A stretch of 63,717 bases of DNA, the filler included, from Globobulimina sp. (taxonomy: Eukaryota), in the NCBI GenBank assembly GCA_003354225.1. It is 39 parts of 39 records of this genome, joined end to end, with 100 filler letters (N's around TTAATTAATTAA, not from the genome) between each part and the next. Parts side by side here need not be neighbours in the genome. Positions count along the whole stretch, not along the records: positions 11,462 to 12,998 come from PIVH01015138.1; positions 13,099 to 14,635 come from PIVH01015139.1; positions 14,736 to 16,272 come from PIVH01015140.1; positions 16,373 to 17,909 come from PIVH01015141.1; positions 18,010 to 19,546 come from PIVH01015142.1; positions 19,647 to 21,183 come from PIVH01015143.1; positions 21,284 to 22,820 come from PIVH01015144.1; 32 more parts are not named here. The stretch is one strand, 5' to 3'. Shown here one piece after another: positions 11,545 through 22,920 of this stretch. Below the pieces are notes generated by a model. It was not told where the DNA came from and did no database searches. It saw only the letters and a list, made by a program, of their open reading frames with translations. Within the stretch, counting starts at the first letter, position 1; each line of letters opens with the position of its first letter. The position numbers were made by a program, and so were the translations under genes.

Positions 11545-12998
11545 ATGCAAAAATCAAAAATCCCAAAGGAGCTGCAATTATTGACATCAATATTCCAAAA
11601 TATTTTGAAGAATCCGCAGAACAAAAAGTATAGAAACCTGAATTTTAAGAGAATTTGCAAACAGATCAATGAATCATATCTCAAATGGATTTACAATGCC
11701 GGGTTTGAAATATCAAGCGATGAGAAACGATTAGTGTTAGATTTATCAAATATAGATAAAGTGAAAGAAGTTTATGAATCTTTATTGCTCATTACACAGT
11801 CTTATGAGAGCACACATTGTTATCATACCAATAATGTGTTAAATCAAATAAGTGAACAGAAGTTAGAAACGCACAGAAGTCATATTCCAACCAATACAGA
11901 TGCACAGAAATATAATTGTGAGTTGAAAGAATGTCTGCCATTGGAAATAATTGGAAGGATACTTAAAAGCTACCAATTATATCTAACAAACATTGCATCC
12001 GATGAACATAAACATAAATATACAACACAACAAATATATGATGGCATAGGAAACAATTATGACAATGTAGAGTTATTGGATGATTACAACCATTTATTAC
12101 TGCATCATTCGGCGGCAATACAATTTGAAGATATTTGTAATATCCTCCGAGTGGTGGAATATGATGGTTTGTCATGCGATTTGGAGACTTGTTTATTATT
12201 TAAACGAAATAAACGTGACAGACAAATGCCAGATGATGTACTCAATGATTTATATTCAAACCAAGATCATTTATCACAGCAACTAATTGACAGAATTCAT
12301 TGCCATTTTTTTCATTCATTTGATGTTGGATTCAGGAAAACGCACAAAGAGAGCCTGGATATTGAAGTAAAATCAAACAATGATTTGCAATCGAAATTAA
12401 ATAAGTATGCTGTTTGTCCTTCCAACACAATCCACAAATTTTCCAGTATGAGGTATCATTTTGGCCATAGATTTTATTATTGGCCATATTATAAACACGA
12501 ATTCATGAGCATTGATGATGCAGGAATGATGGGATTAGATCCACAGCAATTACCATTAAAGCAGTGGTGTGTTAAGAATAAATATTCTAATTTTAAGGCA
12601 GAATTACGGAACAATGAAATATGTTCCATTGCTGAGTCTCGATGGTCGGGTTTGTACAAAAAAGCAAATGTACATTTAAAAACTGGTGTTTTTCGAGAAA
12701 TGTATTGTTGCAGAGGACAATCTGCGGTCTGCTATGGAATGATTTATGGTCAGCTATTCCATCAAAACCATTTGATTGCTCTGATGGTTTATTGTAATTT
12801 TGATGAGTTACAGTTTAAATTCACCGAAACATTCCGTCCAATCAATGAACATGAAAGCAACCAAGATCTCATTCGCAGACATTCCAACTATCATTTCCTC
12901 GGTAGATTTTTAAGGGAAACAGTTGAATGTTTTGGTATGAATATGCCGGAGAGCGGATATATCGAAGCGTACCATGGAGTTCAGGAATGTTTTACCTT
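11545..12998 (+). CDS. PUB-domain protein with a C-terminal ART-like domain, partial
   Basis: N-terminal LLTSIFQNILKNPQNKKYRNLN...AGF matches PUB. C-terminal ALMVYCN...LRETVECFG...AYHGV matches the 9918-11361 family. Confidence 0.65.
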
Positions 12999-13098
12999 NN
13001 NNNNNNNNNNNNNNNNNNNNNNNNNNNNNNNNNNNNNNNNNNTTAATTAATTAANNNNNNNNNNNNNNNNNNNNNNNNNNNNNNNNNNNNNNNNNNNN

Positions 13099-14635
13099 AA
13101 AATGTATCAGACAGAAATTTTATGGATGAGCTGCCGTGAAAATTAATCGATTCCAAATGTTTCAATGCGCCCAGAGACGATGCATTATTGCTTAGACTTA
13201 GCACTATTTTGATGGATAATATCTGTAAATATGGCCATGAATCAAATTTATCCAATAAATAGGTACGAAAACCATCAATATTTAATACTTGTAACACGTT
13301 TGAAACATACATATTTGGCGTAAAATGCAAAGCTGTGTTTTTTGACGAGTCAATACCAATAAATTGCGCATGATGAAACTGTTCGAATCCAAATTGAATG
13401 GTTGCTTCAGATAAAAGTGTTTCCGACGATTCTAATGTATTCATTTCAAAGGTGCGACAATCACACGGATAGTGTCTGAAAAATGGATATAATTTGACGC
13501 GACAACCGTTGGTATAATACGAGGACCAATGTTGGACAATATCTGTCGAGCAAAATGTCTCTGATTTATGCAAATGCATTGCAGTTCCAATGATAATGAA
13601 ACAGCCTAAACTCAAGAAGAATATTATAAAAAATATTATTGTATATTTCTTTTTAATATGTAATGATGAGTTGACAGAGTCGTTTCTGGTTAGTGCTGAT
13701 TCGGATGTATTAATGTCATCATTTGATTTGTTTAAAAATGCAATTTCCAAAGCATTTGGCTGCTGAATATCTAGATTTATTATTGCTGATATTTTATGTC
13801 TTTTGTTGCTGATAAATGGTAATATGTATTTCATAGAGTTTTGAAGTGAATACCATAAATATAACAATGGGAAGAAAGTTGTGATAAAATTGGTGACATC
13901 ATCTAAGAAATTCATGTATCCAAATTCAAAATTATTTGACAAGATTGGAAATAATGAAAAAAATACATCGTAAACGGATTCGATGAAAACAATTGTAATT
14001 ACAAAGGATAGTGATGAAAATCTAAAATAAATCCACCAGAATGAATATAAAAAGGAGGTAAATATACAATTGCTGCCGAGTAATATAGCAAATATTAATA
14101 CTTTTTGTTTTGTTTCCACTCTGTTAGAAACACCGATGTTTTGTGATAAATTTAATACGTTAATTCCACCTTTTTGTAACAAATACAATGACTCAAAAAT
14201 ACATCTTTTTAATTGTAATAAGATTAACCATAAAAAGCTTGAATATTTTGTATTATATCGATTGGGTACGACTGATGTCAATTTTTTCATAAAGCTACGG
14301 CAGCAATTTGCGTTTTTATATTTAAACTGACTGTTATTGGTTTTGAAGGAAGAGACAATAAAAAAAATAATTAATGCAATAAAACTGAAACCCACAATGA
14401 AGAATAATATAAAATATATGATGCCAATGGGAGTTGGGTGCCACACGGAAATGTCAATTGAATTCACTGTGGTTGGTAATGACATTATTGTGCCGTCATT
14501 TAAATAATGTAAACATTCTGTTTTATCATTATCAGAACAAACCCATTTTTGCTGTATCTCATATAATTGAGCAATTCCATAACAAAAAGCTAAAAATGCA
14601 ATGCTAATTACAAATAAAATGAATGCGATGGATGC
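13099..14635 (-). CDS. Multi-pass membrane protein with extracellular leucine-rich repeats, partial
   Basis: Several TM segments, a CDCR Cys cluster, and LRR-like LQVLNI, LQILSI and LGALKHLESINF. Confidence 0.55.
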
Positions 14636-14735
14636 NNNNNNNNNNNNNNNNNNNNNNNNNNNNNNNNNNNNNNNNNNNNTTAATTAATTAANNNNNNNNN
14701 NNNNNNNNNNNNNNNNNNNNNNNNNNNNNNNNNNN

Positions 14736-15143
14736 AAATTTTTTAACTGCAATAAACAATATTTAGAAATCGCAAGTACGATATTATTAAATAGAGGAGA
14801 ATATAATATTAGCTTAGTTGAATATTTTGTTAATGTATATAGCAAAATTAACAAAACATATATTGAGTTAACTGATGATGTTTATTACGTTTTTGATGAA
14901 TATAAATTAAATCTCAAAACATATTCAAAAAGGCATTTTGAGCCGCAGCGTAGAAGTAATAAAATAATTTTCATGTTTAATAAAACAAAATTAAATACGT
15001 CAGTTGGTCAATTAAACTTTTTAAAATGGCTTATCCAAAATGATATACATACACATATTAATAATAACTTAGAAGATATCGAAAAATGTTATAACGTGTA
15101 TTTAGATACAAAAGCTAAAACACAAACTAAATCTAAAAAGTAG
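14736..15143 (+). CDS. Conserved giant-virus (NCLDV) hypothetical protein, 5'-truncated, absent from the ORF track
   Basis: Translated from 14736: ISLVEYFVNVYSK...YKLNLKTYSKRHFEPQRR...TSVGQLNFLKWLIQNDI...IE. This matches the NCLDV family pattern YSK..FDPF.R...TT.GQLNFF.W. Confidence 0.7.
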   Translation, partial: KFFNCNKQYLEIASTILLNRGEYNISLVEYFVNVYSKINKTYIELTDDVYYVFDEYKLNLKTYSKRHFEPQRRSNKIIFMFNKTKLNTSVGQLNFLKWLIQNDIHTHINNNLEDIEKCYNVYLDTKAKTQTKSKK

Positions 15144-16122
15144 ATAGTTCAACTAATTCTTCAACTAACTTATCAATTGATTCTGAAATAATTTTTTTGT
15201 AATCAATATTGGATTTAATTATTTTCAAATATATTTCTTCTTCGAGCGGATGTTTTCTATCATAAGAACATATAATATTATCTTCTAATTTTCTAATATA
15301 AACCGCGATTGGGTTTAATATTGTCACATCATAATTATTGATTTTCACTTCACACATTTCATCATCGGTTTTATACGCGAAATTATCAATATCGGATTTA
15401 AAGCTGTTTAAACGTTCTATAAACAAACTAATTGTTTTTTTTAATATTTCTAATGGGTCATCTAAGAACGGATTAATGCATATATATTGTGTATTCATGT
15501 CATTAGCAATATCAATATCACCGTCATTTAATTCAAACTTCTCATTAATTTTTCGCTTTAATTCATTAATATTCCTTAATTGTAAAATAACATTATTGGC
15601 TATACATCTATGTCCTTCTTTATTAATATATTCAATAATTGATTTAATTTTTTCATCACTAATATTATCGCTAAATGATATTTTTTTAACCATTTTGACG
15701 ATTGGGTTTTCGCAAATTGTATGTTTAGAACCGGATTGTTTATTGGTACTAAATGTATTTTTTGATGTCAAATGTAGTGTCTGTTTTGGTTTTAACTTAT
15801 ACAATAAGATATCTTTATATATTTTGGCATTACCATTAATCACAACTAAGTCATTTGAAAATACCTCCATAATCGCATCTGTTGCATTAGTCTTATTTAA
15901 TTCGATTTCAATATATTCATCGGTTTTAATCGGGACAAGCGCGAGACGGTGCATTATAATATCATTGTTTAATATCGAGGTGTTTTTGATAACTTTAGTT
16001 TCGGTTAACGCCGGTGTTTTATGTTCTGAAATAATAATTCGCCGTAATGAGTTTATTATGCATTTATCAATATTTGTTGTTAGTAATTCTAATTCGTCGG
16101 TGGTATGTGTTAATATATTCAT
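15133..16122 (-). CDS. Viral DNA-directed RNA polymerase RPB3/RPB11 fused subunit
   Basis: INSLRRIIISE, NTSILNNDIIMHRLALVPI, ILLYKLKPKQ (RPB3), and C-terminal TILNPI...CSYDRKHPLEEEI (RPB11-like). No introns, overlaps its neighbour. Confidence 0.8.
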   Translation of the reverse strand: MNILTHTTDELELLTTNIDKCIINSLRRIIISEHKTPALTETKVIKNTSILNNDIIMHRLALVPIKTDEYIEIELNKTNATDAIMEVFSNDLVVINGNAKIYKDILLYKLKPKQTLHLTSKNTFSTNKQSGSKHTICENPIVKMVKKISFSDNISDEKIKSIIEYINKEGHRCIANNVILQLRNINELKRKINEKFELNDGDIDIANDMNTQYICINPFLDDPLEILKKTISLFIERLNSFKSDIDNFAYKTDDEMCEVKINNYDVTILNPIAVYIRKLEDNIICSYDRKHPLEEEIYLKIIKSNIDYKKIISESIDKLVEELVELSTF

Positions 16123-16372
16123 GATTAATTTGTTTAATACTAAATATCAAATAAATTTTATTTTAATTTTTGAATAAAACGTTTATAAACTGTATGCTTC
16201 TACTTCAGATATCTCTTCAGTTTTTTCTGACTCTATTGGGGCAGGTTTATTGTAAATATATCTACTTTCTAANNNNNNNNNNNNNNNNNNNNNNNNNNNN
16301 NNNNNNNNNNNNNNNNTTAATTAATTAANNNNNNNNNNNNNNNNNNNNNNNNNNNNNNNNNNNNNNNNNNNN

Positions 16373-16859
16373 CAGTGACTGTGATGTTGACCAAATTTGG
16401 ATATAATGCGGCACGATCAATGGTTAATAATGCAACTATTTTATCAACGACACCAAATGATGCGACTCGGTCATTGGCGTTGCTTGGAACCAATGAATTT
16501 GAGCCTGTTTTCCAACCATCATTCCAATATAATTCAGTTGCTTTTGGGGAATCAGAATGTTCCATGAAAAGTGGCGAAATAATTATAATGTCTTTATTGA
16601 ATACATTGTAACCTTCGAGTTGTGAGGCAACCTGAATCGCACAATAATAACTATCTGCATCGCGAGCGGCGCCATGAACGACAATAATTGCTTTTGTTGC
16701 TGTTACTCTGTCGGTGGTTGATGAGACATTAATATTCGAATAGACACGAATACAATAATTCGCAGGGAATATACATAAGTCAGCATATGGTGGAGGAGTG
16801 CATGATGGTAGCTGAGAAAATACAGATACGACAAATGAGAACAAAATAAACGAAAGCAT
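16373..16859 (-). CDS. Secreted alpha/beta-hydrolase-like protein, 5' part
   Basis: Signal peptide MLSFILFSFVVSVFSQ, then AIIVVHGAARDADSYY, IISPLF, LYWNDGWKTG, SFGVVD and YPNL..I.V. Truncated before the expected GHSAG. Confidence 0.65.
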
Positions 16860-17078
16860 GATTCAGCGAAAGGTTTTGCTATTAGATAATTTAATGAAGG
16901 CCACTGCCATGAACGGAAAAAGAGGAAAAGAATAAGCTGAATGTAACAAAACCAAACACGGATACAATTCATTTTTAATAGATGATATTGTTCGGAGTGC
17001 CACAAATAATGTAATGGGCACAGATGAAATTGCGGAAACGGGTATTGGAGATTTTAATATTCAAGAAAATCATAAAAA

Positions 17079-17465
17079 AAAGATAATTAAAGCTAAGTAA
17101 AGATAATTAACAGATAATTAAAGATAAGTAAAGATAATTAAAAGATAATTAAAGATAATAGAAGGTAATGATTGATAATTAAGATAATTAAAGGATAATT
17201 GGGAATAATTAAGATAATTGAGGCTAATGAAGGATAATTAAAGTAATAAGAGATAATTAAGATAAGGAGAGATAATTAAACTTGTTTGGAGATAATTAAG
17301 CTAATGAGAGATAATTGCAGCTAATTACAAGATAATTAAAGGTAATGACAGGATTTTCTGGTCTTTGGGGATAATTAAAGGTAATTAAAGATAATTAGGC
17401 TAAATAAAGATAATTGAAGCTAATTAAAAGATAATTAAAGGATAATTAACACCTAATTAAAAGAC
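17079..17465. repeat. Degenerate tandem repeat of about 10 bp (AAAGATAATT)n
   Basis: About 20 exact GATAATT cores at about 10-bp spacing. Confidence 0.9.
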
Positions 17466-17621
17466 AATTTTGTATTTCTTGTCTAGCACCGTTGTAGTTG
17501 CTGGCTAGCTATCCAATGACATTATAAACCACATCTTGTGATACTCAGCTAGTTGTAAAAAAAAGTTGAGATGAAAACATTTTAGTTTACTTACATTTTA
17601 GGACCCGCTACCTTAATAGAC

Positions 17622-17909
17622 ATGGACCGCTACGTTGAGACCTACGAGGTCAACTGTGAGGACTGCCTACGATGTTATTGCAGCCAATGTATTACGGTGG
17701 AGATAGTATTATTGGCGGTTGAGACCTATGGAATTAACAGTCAATGCGGTGAATCTCGTAAGTATCGGGATGACGTAGAGAACGAAAAAATAGTTGCAAA
17801 CATTTCAAGGGTCATATGTAAACAAAACATTTCAATTGATGTCATAAATATTATTTGTGACTATATGGAAAATTGGATTCTCAGAGTATTGTTCACTGAT
17901 CATTACTGA
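17622..17909 (+). CDS. Small Cys-rich hypothetical protein
   Basis: ATG-initiated 95-aa ORF with CxxC..CxCxxC. Function not recognised. Confidence 0.35.
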   Translation: MDRYVETYEVNCEDCLRCYCSQCITVEIVLLAVETYGINSQCGESRKYRDDVENEKIVANISRVICKQNISIDVINIICDYMENWILRVLFTDHY

Positions 17910-18009
17910 NNNNNNNNNNNNNNNNNNNNNNNNNNNNNNNNNNNNNNNNNNNNTTAATTAATTAANNNNNNNNNNNNNNNNNNNNNNNNNNNNNNNNNNN
18001 NNNNNNNNN

Positions 18010-19431
18010 TTGTCACTCGGCGCGAATGTGAATGGAACTGATTGTAATGGACAGATAGCATTAACCATTGCCATTGTTAAGCGGCATTTGATTATTATTA
18101 AAATGTTAAGGAATGCAAATTCAAATATATTCCAGAAAGATTTGAGTGGCAGAACGCCGCTGTCTTATTGTCAAAATAACGACGATATTAAAAAAATATT
18201 AATGAACCCGCTGTTGCTGCCATTGATGAAATTATGCAAAGGCGCGTTTAAGAAGGAACTGTTGGCCATTGATGTGCTGAAATCTTATATTGGCATTGTT
18301 GGATTATTGGCAAATGAGAAATGTGTTAATATTGTTGATTTTGACGGTAATTATCCATTGATTGAAGCTATTATTTTCCAGCAATATCAGGTTGTAAAAT
18401 TGCTGTTGGAATTGGGGGCCGATCCATATCTGAACAATTCCTTTGGAATCAATGCGTTTGTATTTGCGAATTGGATTAAAAACCATAAAATTAAAGATTT
18501 ATTGGCAACATTTAATGTGAATCAAATAAAAAATGAATCGATTAGTTTTCTGAAACAAGAATGCGAGAAATGCTATTTTAATTCGTATGTTTTGAATTTG
18601 TCAAAAGTGCCAAAAGCAGTTAATTGTTTGACGCAGTCTGGAATACAAAATAGAATGAAACAATTTGTTAATATATTATGGGAGGAAAAAAGCAGTGAAG
18701 AGGCCAGTTATGGCATAAAAATGGGCGAAGATGTAACTGATGATTTTGATGAAAACTGTGTGGAAAATGCCTTTTTGGGAACTGAGGAGAAAAAGGATGG
18801 GAATGACAGTAAAAGAATTCCAAGTAAATATTATTTGGATTGTTTATGGAATTCAAAATTATTTACTATTAATATTATTGCGGCGGCAAAGCATGAAAAA
18901 GCATTGCGAGCATCGAATATTTTCATGATCAATTTCTATACAAACAATGCAGTGTTTTGTAGCAGAATCAATATAAATATATATGATAGCAAATATTTCA
19001 AATGCATCAAATTATTGTACGATTCACTAGGTTTATTACCAAATTGTAACAGTAAAACATTCATTGGCGGCCATGATGATAAAATTGATAGAAATAAATT
19101 TGAGATTGGGAAGGAATTATGTTGCGAGAAATTTGTGTCATCCACTTTTTCATTGCAGAATATGATTAAAAGCAATTATAACAACGGAACAATATTAATG
19201 ATTCAATCAAAAAGTGGCAAGAATGTATCGCAATATTCATCCTTTTCGTTTGATAATGAAATTATTATTTTACCATTCACTAAATTTGTGGTAAGCAATT
19301 GGTATAAATGTGAAAATTTAACCGCTGCATTGCAACAATCCGACAAAATGCAATTATTAAAAAAAGATGAAATTAAGCAATACGAGAATAATCAACACGA
19401 CATTGTCATTATTGAATTGGAGGAAATCTAA
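18010..19431 (+). CDS. Ankyrin-repeat protein with a C-terminal arginine-ART-like domain, 5'-truncated
   Basis: Ankyrin repeats (GQIALTIA, GRTPLSY, GNYPLIEA). ART: INFYTNN, LYDSLGLLP, TFIG, FVSST, GTILMIQSKSGKNVSQYSSFSFDNEIIILPFTKFVV. Confidence 0.75.
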   Translation: MSLGANVNGTDCNGQIALTIAIVKRHLIIIKMLRNANSNIFQKDLSGRTPLSYCQNNDDIKKILMNPLLLPLMKLCKGAFKKELLAIDVLKSYIGIVGLLANEKCVNIVDFDGNYPLIEAIIFQQYQVVKLLLELGADPYLNNSFGINAFVFANWIKNHKIKDLLATFNVNQIKNESISFLKQECEKCYFNSYVLNLSKVPKAVNCLTQSGIQNRMKQFVNILWEEKSSEEASYGIKMGEDVTDDFDENCVENAFLGTEEKKDGNDSKRIPSKYYLDCLWNSKLFTINIIAAAKHEKALRASNIFMINFYTNNAVFCSRININIYDSKYFKCIKLLYDSLGLLPNCNSKTFIGGHDDKIDRNKFEIGKELCCEKFVSSTFSLQNMIKSNYNNGTILMIQSKSGKNVSQYSSFSFDNEIIILPFTKFVVSNWYKCENLTAALQQSDKMQLLKKDEIKQYENNQHDIVIIELEEI

Positions 19432-19712
19432 CAAAACATGACGTACTTCGAAATGTAATTTTTTTATATATTAAATAATAATATTTTAATATGTAGTTTG
19501 TTAACTTTTTAATAATAATATTGAAAGAAAGTTTAATTTCGATTTANNNNNNNNNNNNNNNNNNNNNNNNNNNNNNNNNNNNNNNNNNNNTTAATTAATT
19601 AANNNNNNNNNNNNNNNNNNNNNNNNNNNNNNNNNNNNNNNNNNNNCTCTTGCCATACATAACCACTTAATAATATTGCAAAAAAGTTTTCTACCCCAAA
19701 ACGTTACTGACA

Positions 19713-21176
19713 ATGTCACAGTTAGTGTTACGCAGATTCTGTAAACTGAACCTGAATCATTGCTCAGCACGCACCGCCCACCACTTCACTAAATTCCATT
19801 TTCTTTCCCATGCATTATTTTCAAGCGATTCCTACCATACAAAGCAGCACAATCCATTATACACATCATACCTCAAAATCAAAACAGTATCTGACCAAGA
19901 AAACGCCAACAAAACAATCTTATCTTCCAGCTCACCATCACCATTGCTATCCAACCTTAACTTAATCGACTCCAACAACTGTCTATTACCAACAGACTGG
20001 ACAGATTGGAATGAACTTCGCCGACTGTTTAACAAAACTGTAATGTATTACATTAATGATTTTTGCAATGATTTTGCTTATAAGCATTCGAACAGTGCCT
20101 TAATAGCAAATAATTTCATCAGACGTACCCAATACATGTTAATTAAAACGAACATTGGTGGCAAAAACAACCGCGGTTTACTCCATATCTCCTCATTAAT
20201 AGCACTCCGAAAACAGCAAAACAAACCGCTGACTCAAACAGATATTCACAATGCATTAACCACCGCATTATGCATAGAAGCATTGCAATCTTATTTTTTG
20301 GTGATGGATGACATCGTGGATCAATCGGAAACGCGTCGAGGCCAACCTTGTTGGTATAAGTATCCTGATATTGGCCTAAAAGCAGTGAATGACGGACCTA
20401 TCATTGAGAGCTGGGTGCTTTGGTTGATCCATAACCGCATAATTCATAATGGAAACGCTGTGCTTATTGACCGGTTGGATGAGATATTCCGCGAAGTTAA
20501 TTTGCTCACTTTAGGTATATATTTGTATTACTAATATTGATGTTTGCTATGGACATTTATTTGTGCGTCAGCTGGACAGTCGACTGATTTGGACTTGGTT
20601 GAAGATGCTGAAACATTGAGAGATAATTATACGTTGGACAGATATGAAACTATTGCAATGTATAAAACATCCTTTTATACGTTTTATTTGCCATATGCAG
20701 CTGCATTATATTTGGCTGGTTATGATGATAAAAACAAACACATTGCATTGGATGTTGAGGATGAGCTGATTGATGATGGATATTTGTTTCATATTTGTCG
20801 GCAAATGAGTATTGAACTTGGCATAAAGTTTCAAGTCGATGATGATTTTTTGGATTGCTTTGGTGATCCAAAAGTGACTGGAAAAGTTGGGACAGATATT
20901 CAAGATTTTAAATGTTCGTGGATTGTGGTTAAAGCATTGGAATTAATGAATGATGGACAATATGAGACATTGAAGAAACATTATGGCAAAAATAATGATA
21001 AAGATGTGCAAATTGTTAAAAGTTTGTTCAATGCATTGGAGCTAGAAAGTGTGTATTACAAATGGGAAATGGAGGAACATAACAAATTAATGACGATGGT
21101 TGATGCATGTCGTGATATATTACCAACAGAGATGTTTACTGTTATATTGAATAAATTGCATAAAAGGAAAACGTAA
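19713..21176 (+). CDS. FDPS: Farnesyl diphosphate synthase with an N-terminal extension, intron 20515-20571
   Basis: GGKNNRG, QSYFLVMDDIVDQSETRRGQPCWY, spliced AGQSTDL, YKTSFYTF, FQVDDDFLDCFGDPKVTGKVGTDIQDFKCSW. Confidence 0.92.
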
Positions 21177-21283
21177 ATCATGTNNNNNNNNNNNNNNNNN
21201 NNNNNNNNNNNNNNNNNNNNNNNNNNNTTAATTAATTAANNNNNNNNNNNNNNNNNNNNNNNNNNNNNNNNNNNNNNNNNNNN

Positions 21284-21701
21284 AATTAATATTGATCAAA
21301 CAATAGATGAGGTAATAGCCTTTGATTTAAACTGGGGATATTTACCGTTTGAATCCGAATCATTTGATATTGTGGTTATTAGTGAGTGGCTCAATGATTT
21401 GCAAACGAGATTATATTTAAATCAACTCATATTTAATAAAGTTCTGCAATTTAAAAGTTATAAAGATACATTATTTGTGGATATGGTACCTGTGCCATAT
21501 AAACATTTTGTTAATAATAAAGGCACAAATTATATGATAAACAAATGGACGTATAACAAATTGATGCAATGGAATAAATGGGATTTGAAGCTGTATCAAT
21601 TTGTACAAAATCTGGCATTTCAACGGGAAAAAGCAATATGGAATAAATATGGTGCGAAACTGTTGTATAATCAGACATTTCCCTCCTCATTTCAGAACTA
21701 G
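21284..21701 (+). CDS. Sulfotransferase-like protein, C-terminal fragment
   Basis: FDIVVISEWLND...WNKWDLKLY parallels FDILLVTEWLND...WNKWDTKLY in 49648-50637. Confidence 0.6.
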
Positions 21702-21788
21702 CCATTGTTAAATCAATAGAACACGCTGACTCTTTGTTATTTCCTAGTTACTTTAAAGTTTTGTAGTAAACACAAATTGAATTCAATA

Positions 21789-22295
21789 ATGGGTAATCAA
21801 CAAAGCAATCAGAACCAATTCAAACATCATACATACAATGAAGAGTCGATAGAAAATGTTCTATCTATTGACAATTATAAGCCAATGCCAAATGATTTCA
21901 AGGCTTATGTCGGGGTTGATTTCGGCACTCATGGCACAGGATTAGCCTACGCACTCCCTACAGGCGAGGTATATGTTCATCAAAAATGGAAAGGATACAA
22001 ACGATGCGCTGAAATCAAACCAAAAACGTGTATTTTGTTGGATGCCAAAGGCAAGTTCCTGGCATTTGGACAACCCGCAATAAATTCCTATATTACTATG
22101 GGCGGAGATAAAACCGGCTGGTTACTATTTGAAAATTTCAAAATGGCATTATATAAAGACAGCGGACTCACACAGTTAACAGCTGTCAATGGCAAAAAAA
22201 TTCGGATGGAGAGAGTGTTTGTCGAAGCCTTAAAATATATTAAAATTCAGCTTTTTAAATTTTTTGTGACAAATAAACTTCAAATTGATACTATC
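21789..22295 (+). CDS. HSPA12-like atypical Hsp70, N-terminal fragment interrupted by foreign sequence
   Basis: MGNQQS start (possible myristoylation), VGVDFGTHGTGLAY, KPKTCILLD, FLAFG, LFENFKMALY. Confidence 0.75.
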
Positions 22296-22392
22296 TATAA
22301 AGATCTTAACTTCAGAGGCAATTTTTCTTCATTCTTGTTTCTGCTCTTTGCCGCTTTAGGTGTGATACTGCTTATCTTAAGTAAGACATATA

Positions 22393-22431
22393 AACAAACA
22401 AGCCGAGATTAACATTTTCGGCTTGTTTGTT
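22393..22431. terminator. 14-bp stem hairpin, terminator-like, in the bacterial segment
   Basis: AACAAACAAGCCGA ... TCGGCTTGTTTGTT. Confidence 0.55.
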
Positions 22432-22471
22432 CGGCTCAACCATTATCGATCAATTCTTCGGGAGTTATTCA

Positions 22472-22820
22472 ATGAATAGAAAATGTAATTCTCTATCTAT
22501 GCTTTATGCAACACTGCTTTTTAGTTGCATAGTGTTTTTTTCAACCCTGTCAATGGCAAATGAAAGCGGCATACCTGAATTCTTTGTACCGCCGCCACCT
22601 TTTTCAGAAGATATTTTTCCCTGTTCCGAATGCCATTCAGACATGGAGCCAAACGCAGAACGTCGTGATTTGGAAGAACACACTGAAATTGCAGAAATGT
22701 TTGACAATGCCAAAGAAGAACGTTGGTGCCTTGACTGTCATAATGCCAATGACCGAGATAAATTACACTCAGTCAATGGCAGCTTGATGTCTTTTGAAGA
22801 ATCTTACAAACTGTGTGGAC
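22472..22820 (+). CDS. Bacterial periplasmic multiheme cytochrome c, partial
   Basis: GGGAG RBS at 22460, signal peptide, CSECH, CLDCH, and a third motif starting KLCG at the contig edge. Confidence 0.8.
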
Positions 22821-22920
22821 NNNNNNNNNNNNNNNNNNNNNNNNNNNNNNNNNNNNNNNNNNNNTTAATTAATTAANNNNNNNNNNNNNNNNNNNNNNNN
22901 NNNNNNNNNNNNNNNNNNNN

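Noticed and set aside
15338-16177. 279-aa plus-strand ORF
   Set aside because: Antisense shadow of the RPB3/11 gene. The same applies to most short overlapping ORFs in the track.
19713-21176. Ciliate-type or other alternative genetic code in the host
   Set aside because: Conserved genes end at TAA/TAG at the expected positions (FPPS, ADSS), and internal stops are explained by GT-AG introns.
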